From Podarcis bocagei (taxonomy: Eukaryota): a stretch of 64,000 bases of DNA. The stretch lies in the NCBI GenBank assembly GCA_964188305.1, contig OZ076886.1; one strand, given 5' to 3'. Below are positions 25,820 through 36,821 of this stretch, in pieces. How positions within the stretch are numbered: the first letter of the stretch is position 1; each line of letters opens with the position of its first letter. The notes beneath the pieces are model-generated. The model was not told the DNA's origin. It worked only from the letters and a program-made list of their open reading frames with translations, and did not search any database. The position numbers were made by a program, and so were the translations under genes.

Positions 25820-26022
25820 GGGTTGTATCCAATGGAGTCATCCCATTAGCGCAGGGACTTCTGCCTGTGCAATGGGACTTCCTCTCCCTCTCCTCTTCCT
25901 GTGCCCACCCTGAGTCTGCCCCAGTCTCAAAAACAGATTTGGGGATGTAGGGGCAAAGACAAAGTCACATTGCGCAGGTGGAAGCCCTTGCGCTAACAGG
26001 ATGACTTCACTGGAAATCACAC
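25820..26022. repeat. ~200-bp palindromic MITE-like repeat (relatives near 30365-30548 and 60065-60273)
   Basis: Arms gagtcatcccattagcgcagggacttctgcctgtgcaatgggactt and aagtcacattgcgcaggtggaagcccttgcgctaacaggatgacttc are imperfect reverse complements. Confidence 0.65.
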
Positions 26023-29000
26023 CAGAATTCTTAAGAAACTCCAGAGTGCCCTGTGGAAGAGCCAGGAGAAATGGAAGCTTTATTTTGCATTGGAGGACAG
26101 ATTTTGGCGCACCACTTGAACATCTATCCTTGCTGCATATGGAAGGCAGCAGCCATCGATACAAGAAGCCAGTGGTGTCAATAGATAGCTCATGACAGAA
26201 CCAGAAAGTACAGACCCAGGTTCCTTTTCTGTGTTATTCCAATCATCTTTCCCCACCCCGATCTGTAGCTGGGTTGAGACAGAAATAACTGCAACCATTG
26301 CTGTTTGGGTTTTACAGATTTGGAATATTTAACAGTCAGCGTGTCAAAGCAAAACTGTATCCTGCATTCTAGCAACGTATAATAGTTTTCAGAGATTAAG
26401 CGTCTCCCTGCTTCATGTGCAGTCATACCTTCATCTGTGAATTTATAGTAGTATTATGGTTTAATGAATTGAACAAGTCCCTGAACAACAACAAACATCC
26501 TTTTTTGTTCAAATTTAGGTACTGCACACTTTGTTCTTCAGATGAATAATAAATCCAATATGTTTCTTTGGCAGTAAACTCCAAGCTACCTTTATTGCAC
26601 ATTACTAATAAGTGCTCAAGGGTTTGTGTGTGTGTGTGTGCGTGCGTGCGCGCATGCATGTGTGTGTGTATTTGCAAAGCGCCACTGTTACTTATGCTGC
26701 AAGACACACAGAGGCTGCAAATTTATATTCCGACAGGCAGAGGCAAACCTCTGAGAACAGATGGAGCAGAGTTCACCACAAAGGTTTAATCCTATCAAGA
26801 TGATTCCTCTATGGCCATCTGGATTATCCAACACACAAATTTAGTGCTTGTTAAAAATACAACGTAGGCCAAGATTAACGTCACAGATTTTCCAGTAGAC
26901 TTGTTCATGTTTGATTTTATGATTCCCAGGCTCTGGAAAATTGCATTAAATGATATCCTCTTTTTTTTAGAAAAGAAATCAAAACAAGAATAAGAGCACA
27001 AGGACGTTGTGAGTTTTTATTTGTAGAAACCAAATTACAGTCTGTTGTTCCCCAACAATTTCCTCATTTTTTTAAGGGTTTATTTAATTTGACTACTGTC
27101 TTCCTGCAGTGTCCAAAAAAGCAGAATTTATCCAAAAGTAGGAGAATTGATAAATGTTGCCACGGTATGAGAGCAAGTAGATTTCTTGATTACAACAAGC
27201 GTGGCAATCAACTGAATTAGTAAATAATTAATGATTCCTTATTTATACCATTTTATTTATTGGCCATTTTACACTTGTCTAAGGTTGGGAGTTCTAACCT
27301 ATAGACTTCCGTTTCAGTTCTTCCTGCAGTGCTGATGCAAAACCTCTGTGCAGCTGATGTAATTTCATTAGCATGATTTTGAAAATATGCCTAACACAAC
27401 ACACAGTGTGGGGCGAGGGAGGAAGTGGGATAGTTTCATTTGAAATTAGGCCACATTCAATTTAGCCTGCGGTCTATTCACCATATTTATAACTGCGTAA
27501 ACAATTTACTAACAAGCTTGAATTAGTACATTCATACTTTAAATAATTACAATCTGTTATCAATCATTACCATGAAATGAATAGAGTTACTGTAAATGAG
27601 GTCAAAACCTGGGGTTCTCAGGGTAGGCTAGGCTGGGATGCCATTTATTTTCAATGGAATAGGCACCATTTCCATCTTCCAGCCTTGGCCGGGCCAGATG
27701 TGTTTGTGAAGCTGGGAGAGGCAACAAGCAGGTATGACAGAAGCAGTCAGGCATCTGGATAGACAATTTTCTATTTCCCCATGGCTTTTCCAGTGCTTAG
27801 GGTTTTCTCTTCTTCCAGGGCTTCTCCCAAGTTTGGATCTTCAGTTGTGGTAGGAAGTTGCCGTGGCAGCTGTCTGCCTGCCTCAGTTCCACAAAGAGCT
27901 CTTGGGTCAAGTGACTTTTTCTCTATGTAGCATCCCAGAAGAGTTTAAAATCCATTTAATAAAGGGAACTGGGTACATTTGGCCATCCAGATGCTGTTGA
28001 ATTCAAAATCCCATCAGTCCCAGATGGTCAGAGCTTTAGTCCAACAACATCTGAATGGCCAGGTTTCCTCATTCCTTATTTAAAATAAGTAGACTGGTTT
28101 TAAGTCCTCTTCAAAAGCATCCCACCCACCCCATCCAATAGATTTTATTAAAGCATCCCACTTTGACCACTGAAGTAATGTGACCAAGTGCATGTCTCCA
28201 TCACTAACACTACAGATGCTGAGAGTGTTTGTGCACATTGTGCAGGTCAATAAATCCCATCCTGATAAGGAGAGCCTGTTGGGTCTTGCCAATGGCCCAT
28301 CTAGTCCAGCATCCTGTTGGACTAACAGTGGCCAACCAGATCACTGTGGTAAACCCACAAGCAGAACCTGGGCACAAGGGCACTTTCCTCTGGTGGTTTC
28401 TAGCACCAGGTATTCAGAAGCATTTCTGCCTCTGACAATGGGGGCAAATAGCTGTTGCAGCCTCTGTTTCGCAGTCCAGGAAAGACCTCCTGCATTCTGG
28501 ATCCTGTCCAGACATTCTGGCAGATTCCACTGAGGCTATTCTACAGTGGAACCAAGTGGTCTCCACATCTCTGATCCCAGTAATCATCTGTCTACAGACA
28601 AAGGCTTTGGATCCCCATAGTGCTTAAGCACTCGCTGTCTTTGTCCCAGCTCAGTAAACAATTAAACAATTAAATTACAGACTTGCAGCAAAATGCTTTA
28701 TTGGGTTTTTAAGCTGTATTTCCTTTTGCCTCCTCTCTTGCCTTCTACTTCTCTTGCTTTTCTTCCTCCCTTTCACCAACAGTTCACAATCCCCCTCTGC
28801 CCATAACCTAGACCCCCTGTGAGGATTTCTCCCTAGGTCTTGTCTTTATAAGTAATGGACATAATTTAAAACAGTAATTTAAGCATAATTACTAGCATAA
28901 TAATAGGAAATCCATTAAAAGTTTTCCTCTTCTGCAGTGGTTCCATTGACTCTAGTAGAACTGGTAGGGAATAAGTAGCGCAAAGTTCGCCTTTTAATTG

Positions 29001-29591
29001 CTCTGCAGAATTATAGTCCATATTGGGCCATGTACACATTAGCAGCTGAAAGCGCAGTGAGTTCGTTTTTCCCTACAGCGTTTCCAGTCTCATTTGCACG
29101 TTGCTGTGCACACCAGAGGGAGTGGGGCTGGGAATGTCTTTGTCCAATGCACATCACCTATTTTGATTCCCCATGGCTGCAACTCTCCCTCCTCCCTTAT
29201 TCCTGGAAGCTGCCATCTGTATGTGCACAACAGCCGTCTCAAATGGACACACCTCAGCTTAACTGACGTGAATGTGGCTTGCATTTTCAAATCAGATGGA
29301 AGCTGGTTTGAGGGGAAATGCATCAAACAGCAGTATTTCTCAAGAAGATACGGTTTCTCAAGAAGATAAGTGGAGTATATATTAACACCACATTAGTATT
29401 TAGATCAGTTAGACTGTAATACCTGGGAGTAAATATAACCAATTTCAGTGGAACTTCTGAATACATGCAATAGGACCAGTGTTGTTGTTTTTCTGCAGGT
29501 ACTCAAGAGTACACAGTACAGGCACCTTTTTTCATTAGAAGAAGAGCACTACATAGTGCTGTATTGGAGAAATGCTAAGAGACATGTGTGG

Positions 29592-29848
29592 ATCACTGCC
29601 TTGTCGTGGCAAAGGGGCTTGAATAACTCCAAGAAACTCTGAGCTATGCCGTGAAGGGCCACCCAAGACAGGCAGGTCATAGCCAAGAGTTTAGACTAAA
29701 TGTGATCCACTCCAGTATTTTGCCAAGAAAACTCCATGGGCATTAAAAAGGAGAAGCTTTGAGAAGAAAGTGAGTGTTTCCAAGGCATGCTCTGGTTCAT
29801 GGGGTCACGGAGAGTCGAACACGACTAAGATGACTAAACAACAACAAC
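29592..29848 (+). mobile_element. BovB-derived bipartite non-autonomous element (5' UTR part + 3' tail)
   Basis: ggatcactgccttgtcgtggc..aggggcttg resembles the BovB 5' region; it ends catggggtcacggagagtcgaacacgactaagatgactaaacaacaacaac, matching the BovB 3' end seen at 24966 and 25321. Confidence 0.7.
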
Positions 29849-32013
29849 CAAATGTGTGTGTGTGAAGTGAGTGTATTCTGCAATCAAAACAAACAAAGGT
29901 TTGAGCATTAAATCTCCATATGCTCCCTGGGCTTCTCTAAGCTTACAGAGAGTATGTAAGGGTCTCTGCTTACATTTTAGTTCAAGCAGGTTGGGGAACT
30001 TCGGCACCTCCTGCATTACACAAGCTGTTTTGCTTTCCAGTGTGATGAGTTTCCCTGATCTGTGCCTCAGGGACAGGCTCCTGGGGGTCGTCAACACAGT
30101 GAGGTCTTTTTCACAGTTCCTTTTAATGCCCTGGGCTTTGTGGGGTGGAGTGGAAAGGACAAACTGTTGAAGAGGCACGTGAAGGCATCCTGAAAAATGG
30201 AGGTGCTTTTCAACCACATATGAAAGTTTAAAAAATAAGTTTAAAATCCCATTTTGGCAAACCTCTAGTAAAAACATGTTCTCACATTCCTGTAGAAATA
30301 GGGATGTCTCATACTACATGTATACCAAGTGTCAACTTTGTGGAAAATGCAGAAAGGCCTTAATTATTTGAGGATACTCTGGCTCACTGGCTCTGCTCAT
30401 GTAATAGACTTCTGCGTGCACAACAGAACTCCCTCCCCTGCCCCCTCAAAATCCGCTCCAGAAGATTGAGGCGGGTGTCTTCTAAAGCAGACTTTTTTGT
30501 GGGCGGAGAAGAAGTGGAACTCTACACTGATGTGTTGAATGCAACCCTTTCAGTTTGCTTTTTCTTTTAAGAGGGAGAAGTACACAACTTTCCCATTTTC
30601 AGAAGTCTAGTAATTGGGGTTACTTGGAGTATATATGTAACCAACTTTTAGCTGTGTGGGTGATAGGAAAGAATTCCATTTTGGAACCCTCAGAACGAGG
30701 GAAAGGAAAGAACTGTGCTTCAAAGATGTGCCTCCTCTGAACCCAGTTCCCTCCTCACATTCCTTTAAGGCAGAGATAGAAAGCTTGTGGCCCTCCAGAT
30801 ATAGGTGGACTTCTGTATCCACCAGGAGGGGAACTGTAGCTCAGCAACAACAAGAATACCAGATTCCCATCCCTGTTTGCCCCAAAAGGATAATTTGTGT
30901 TGGAACTGGGTTAAGAGGGGAGCTGAGCCCAAGCTCTTCCACAGCCTGTGACTTCAGGGTGAAATGAATTTGAGTTTGCTACCTCTTCTTCCCCCACCCC
31001 AAAAAATGTTTCAGAATTATTGAAGGTTATTTTGCTAGACCAAATGAAAGCAAGCAGCCAGCTGAACTCCTGGCCAGCCAGTTGGAAGTTCACCACCAGA
31101 GCATAAGAAAATTCCTGCTGGATCAGGCCCATCTAGTGCAACATCTCTTGCAGGACATAAGGGCAGCAGCACACCCCTGTTTGCCTGCAAGGACACGTGG
31201 TCTCCAGCATCAATCAACAGCCAGCCCTACACAGTTACCATTTTAGGCTCCCATGGTATCTGCACATAGCATACCCTCTTCAAAATACAGCAAATGATAC
31301 TCTGTGCCTCCGTAAGTGTCAAGCAAAAGCAGTGTAACGAAATCTCTGCCCTTGTTTCTTCTAGGCATAGTGACTGGCTGAAGATGAAAACAAAATCAAT
31401 AAGTATTTATTTAAGCACTTAACTAGGGGATGACACAAAACAGTTTCCCCCCTTGTGCTGTTTACAAATACAGAACTTAAAAAAATATATTATTTGGCAG
31501 TTAAATTGACGACCATAAATGGACAAATAAAATTCTATAGTAAAGCCATATAATTTATTTTCACACTATTTAGAAAAAAAAGTTACCACTTTGAGGTACG
31601 TTTCTCTAAAATGTCATATTTCACATCTAAGCAGCATTCTACTTACTTGATTCATTAGGAGTGCGTTTTCAAATGAATATAATATTAGCAATGACTGCAG
31701 TGGCAACTAGAAAATGAAGCGGAGATAAAGGTGACCTCAGTGGACCACCTGGGGGAACCACCCCACTATTATTGCTATTATAAGGGTTGAAAAGAACTGT
31801 CAACTTCAGTTCTCTCAGTTTCTAATTTTTCCAATCTTAATTTCCATTCTCCACATTTTGCAGCAATTAATGATTGATTGATTTTTCAATTTTTTTTCAC
31901 AAAAAATCACCAGCATTTTAGTACAAATTTCTCCTAATAAACACATTTTTATATGCCATTTTGACTAATGTACACACTTTTGCAAGTGATTTGCCCTAAT
32001 ATATGGATTTTTA

Positions 32014-32140
32014 GTTACAGGTAGGTAGCCGTGTTGGTCTGCCGTAGTCGAAACAACATAAAAATATTCCTTCCAGTATCACCTTAGAGACCAACTAAGT
32101 TAGTTATTGGTATGAACTTTCATGTGCATGCACACTTCTT
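32014..32140 (-). mobile_element. Second Penelope-like fragment with truncated, mutated hammerhead, inserted in an older repeat
   Basis: Homologous to 24395-24520; ends before the CUG of the core and has substitutions in GAAA and stem III. Confidence 0.65.
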
Positions 32141-32358
32141 GAATTTAAAAGGATAGCTGTGTTGTGATTCACATATTGTTTTGGAATGTGATAGACTCAG
32201 ATTTAAATTTGATTTAAATTAAATCAAATTTCTCCTCTAATCATGATGATGATGTATATATAAATCACAATTATTTTCAAGGAGAGCAAGAAGAATCCCA
32301 GGGCTACAACTAGGCAATACCAGGAGTCCTAGAAAGTTGCAGACAGTTAGGATATATA

Positions 32359-32592
32359 CAGTGGTACCTTGGCTTAAGAACAGTCCTGTTTATGAATTTT
32401 ACAAACTCCACAAAACCAGAAGTAGTGCCCCGGTTTGAGAACTTCACCTGAGTCTATGAACGGAAGCCAAACGGTGGAAGGGCACTGACGGCGGGAGGCC
32501 TCATTAGGGAAAGTGCACCTTGGTTTAAGAACGGATTTGGTTTAAGAACAGACTTCCAGAACAGATTAAGTTCATAAACCGAGGTACCACTA
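32359..32592. mobile_element. Tc1/mariner MITE, divergent subfamily
   Basis: TA flanks, CAGTGGTACCT...GAGGTACCACT termini, internal similarity to the 20716 copy. Confidence 0.8.
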
Positions 32593-34619
32593 TAGTATTA
32601 ATCTTGATGGACCAATGACTTGATTTGATTTAAAACAGCTTTGTTTTATGTATTTGTTTTGACCTCTCAAAGTGTTTAGTGTTTTGCTGAAAGTGCAGCT
32701 CTCATGCTTATTTAGCATTACTGGAATATGCTGTCTTTTTGTTCCTGTGGGATGTGAACTGTTGTTCTTGCACAGCGAACAGGAACCTAGTCGCATGAAC
32801 TTTATTTGAAAGAGATTTTGTGAGTGCAGTAGGAATGGGCAGGTGGGTAGGCAACAAGAGATAGTGTTTCTTATGTCTCTGGGAACATGAAAGCACAATT
32901 CCTATGCAACGTTGTTAGCTGCATATGCAAATTGCAGAATTTGATCTTCAAAACAGTGTGAGTGAGCCCTTGGTTCTACTGCCATAGTATCTAGCCACCC
33001 TTCTCAAGGATAATCACTGTAGACTCAATACTATATTGACTATAGGCTGTATTAAGTCCCGAGGCCCAGTTGTACAGAGAGCTAACCTGATTGTGAATTT
33101 CCATTTCCATCGCTCTAAGGACTGTTTGATGTAGTCTGTTAATTGGTTTGCTTGAAGATCTTTGGACAAATATTTTCCCCCAGGACCATTTTAAACCCAG
33201 TCCAAATTTATTTAATCAGAATTGTTTGTCTCTCCTGTAATTGTTGCTTTACATTTTAAAGATGTTGCTTCTCGGCTGTGTCTTGCTTTAATTTGTTGAA
33301 CTGATTCTGTGCAGTTAGATTGCATTTGCCCTTTTCAGACGTTATCAAATACATATATGCTCATAGCTCAATTCTGACGACGTCCATCGTTGCTGGAGCC
33401 TCCTCTTATGGAATATGGAAGCTAAGCCAATGTTTCATGATGAATATTAGAGAAGAGGGCTAGGGGTTGGGTCTTTCTTCCTGAGACCAGCACGGACTGT
33501 GTATTAATCACAGCACAAATAGATTACAAGACCAACGGCAGGACCTTGCTGATAGCTGTACATGGCACTAATTCGCCTCAGTAAGCCTGAACTTCTGAGT
33601 TCAATTAACCCTTATTCTCAAGGCCCACCCATAAACTCCAAAGTAAGCACAGTTTTCCGCTCCCTGTGTGTATGTGTGTTTTATCAATGTAATAGATTGT
33701 TTCTCTTTGAGAGTGGAAGCCAGGCACATTGCTTATATGAATTCTAGCTACTAATGAATGGGGGTGATGGGGCCACTGCGTGTTGGTGGGCATGTGCATC
33801 ACTGTCCCTTCGATCTGGCAAATCGGAATCTTTGACGCTGCCACTAGCTTCTTAATTTATTTGTGTCATTAGATACCCTGGTGGCCCAGCAGGCGCTGCT
33901 GGAGGCTTCCCCAGTAAAACTGTTTGCCCACACAGAGCATTAGCGGTTAAATAAGTACAGAGCAGAAAAGGTTTTCCCCTCCCCATTATAATTATTTTTA
34001 GTATTCATTTTCCTCTGTCTGTGCCATTGTGCTGAGGCAAATTGGAAATCTGGTAATTAGGCCCTGACTCTTAGTGTAGTATTAGAGTCCCAAGCCAAAG
34101 TTCAACACCCTGAAATGAAATTTAAACCAATTAATCAGTTAGATTTTTACCGCTTGTCCGTGTTTTCTCAGCAATTCCCACAGCACGTGGCCTTTGATCA
34201 ATTCTCCTGCAAAAGCTAAAATGTGTGCCTGCTGCTAGCGAGATGGGGATGACATTAACATGGCACTCATAAAACAATCAGAGCAGTGAAGCCCTCAAAC
34301 AGAACAGGGCATAGTAATATTTAATAAAAGCGAGCACATAATCTTCAGAATTAGCATTTTGTGCCTTGCAGTACCTTTGGGAGAAGAGCTTTTATTTGTG
34401 GAGTGATCATTATTATAACAAAGAACAGCTACCTAATAATTTCCACTTTAAGTCTGCAATATGCTATGAGCAGTTCTGAACCATTATGCTAAACTGAGGC
34501 CCGGGTAATCATTTTATTGTCACCATTTGAAGGGAGGAAATTCCCCTCTACAGTACCTTTAGTGGCTGGAGAAATGAGAGAAAACCAAACCACAAACACA
34601 GCACTGTAGTAATGGTAGT

Positions 34620-34681
<62 letters not shown>

Positions 34682-34682
34682 A
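34620..34682. repeat. (AAC)n microsatellite
   Basis: Direct reading. Confidence 0.97.
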
Positions 34683-36048
34683 AACAACTTTTTTGTCTCT
34701 TCACATACTTTATATGGTATAGAATGCTCTGCATTCAGAAGCATAGGGGAAACCTAGTTGGCATTCTATAGGGAAAAAATATGTTATTTGCTTTTGCTTC
34801 TGTTGATGTCGTGTGTGACGTATAGTTTCATTCTTACAGATGCTATTTTACTTCATTGGTTGATTTGTGAACTGGGAGTAATGGTGCAGTCCTAATCCCA
34901 AGCAGGCAGCAACAAGACTTAGAACAGCTGCTGCAAAACTGCTGTGTCTGGAGCCCCAACACTGTTGCCAGTGAGAGAGGAGGACGTTAAAAGTCTGCAG
35001 TTTTTGCTGTGCCAATTCAAGGCTGGTGCAGCAAACAGAACTGGATCAGCCCGACCCCACCCCTGCACACACACAACTTCTGGGCAATTTTAAGCATATC
35101 CAGCGTGGTGCACATATCTCTCTGGCGCCCCCTCCCTCATTTTTAAGGGGGGGGGGCTTTGGTCCAGATTGTTTACATCGCATGGTCCAATGCGCGCGCG
35201 GCGTTGCACGTAAGTAAGAGGCACCCAGATCGCAGCCCAGATGGCCTCCCGTGAAGCCCGGAGCCCCTTACCTGCCTCCGTCCAGGGAGGTCTGTGCCAC
35301 AAGAGGGCCAGCAAGCAGATCAGGTGGCTTGCCGTCTGTGCCATCCTCGCTCGGCGCCAGGATTGCGCAGGGCGCTTCCCTTCTCCGCTCGCAGACTCTG
35401 CAGGGGGGTGCACAGATAGTGATGCAACCAGAATGGTAGCAGTAGCAGCAGCAATAGCAAACAAACAAACAAACGACTTGCCAGTAGCTAGACTGACTTA
35501 AAAACCCAGTGGATCCTTGGATAGCTCAGCTTTGTCCCCATCTTACCCCCTCCCCAAATACCCTGCTTTAAGAGTTTTTGCTGACTAGCACCAATGTAGA
35601 TTCAGCCGCTGGTAACTTTGGACTGTATAGGAGTTGTATAATAGGCCTTGTGGCACACAGCTCTGATTTCCAGCAGGAGGGAATAGCTGGGAGCTCAGGG
35701 AGAGCAGCTGGGTGCAGGGGCTGCCTCAGCTGCCCCCAGCACCTACTGACTGAGCTGCCTGCCTCATTCTGCCAGACAGTAGAACCATCTCTGCTTAAGA
35801 GATTGCTCTTGGATTTTTTTTGTCAGCGTGAAAGTTTAGAGTTGCTCTGCACTGCCCAGGTTATTGGCGTTTAGTGTTTATTTGATTGAATCCTATGATC
35901 TTGTTAAGCTGTTGCCTTATTTGTTCACTGCTCAAAGAACATTGTGTTGCAGAGCTGCCGATAAATATAATAAATAAAATAAATTGTGATGTGATGTGAT
36001 GTGGACATGCTTCTGAGAAGAGAGAGTCCTCTCTGGTCTCCGCTAGAA

Positions 36049-36290
36049 CAGCATTTCCCCAACTTGTCGTTCATGGCCCACAAGCGGGGTGGGTATCAAA
36101 AGCTTTTTCATTTTTGCTTGAATGTCTCAAGTAACGGTTATAAAATAGACAAACTTGCAGCTAAAATGCACAAAACCAATGGCCACCAAGGACCTAAGGT
36201 CCAAAAATCATGTGAAAATAAACTGATAAGTCACCATGCCAAATAAATGTGGACCCATGGGTTGCATACGGTAGGGGTTAGGAACCACTG
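36049..36290. mobile_element. Older hAT-type non-autonomous element
   Basis: CAGCATTTCCCCAAC ... GTTAGGAACCACTG termini; degenerate TSD cgctagaa / ctctagat. Confidence 0.55.
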
Positions 36291-36298
36291 CTCTAGAT

Positions 36299-36821
36299 CA
36301 GCAATGGCCAAACTTGGCCCTCCAGCTGTTGTTGGACTACAGCTCCCATCATCCCTAGTGCAGCCTTATTAGACTCTACCGATTGGTGGGGTCTGCGTTG
36401 CTCCCGGGAGAGAGAAAGAAAGTCAAATGATACCGAGATTGATTCAGAGAAAGAGTTTATTCTGCTCTCCGGATAGCAGAAGGCACTTGCGTGGTCAGTT
36501 CACAGCAAGTCCAAAGAAATGAGAAATTCCATGCAGTATATATAACCTCCAGGCACCCTCTCCCCCTTTCCCCAGGAATCCAGGCACGTAAGCTTATACA
36601 CGTAAGTTGACATCACAGATGTTCCTGCTCCTGTACTCTTAACCATAAAATGCACCCTTGGAGAAGGAAAAAATGGGATTTTGGGGCCCGTTTCAGACTG
36701 ACTGCACAGTCAGATTTTAGAATGGGAAACCTATTCCTTCACTAGCTAACAGGACCAGTGGTCAGGGATGGTGGGAATTGTAGGCCCAAAACAGCTGGAG
36801 GGCCAAGTTTGGCCATCACTG
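36299..36821. mobile_element. hAT MITE interrupted by a solo LTR
   Basis: TIR cagcaatggccaaacttggccctccagctgtt / aacagctggagggccaagtttggccatcactg; perfect 8-bp TSD CTCTAGAT (36291-36298 / 36822-36829). Confidence 0.9.
36359..36741 (-). mobile_element. Solo LTR (383 bp; ERV or gypsy type)
   Basis: TG...CA termini; 4-bp TSD CTAG (36355-36358 / 36742-36745); TATATATA (~36537) then AATAAA (~36457) on the minus strand. Confidence 0.85.

Noticed and set aside
24813-25950. Long ORFs (109-196 aa) on both strands as host genes
   Set aside because: They are BovB ORF C-terminal remnants and their antisense frames; 5'-truncated, with no RT or endonuclease domain.
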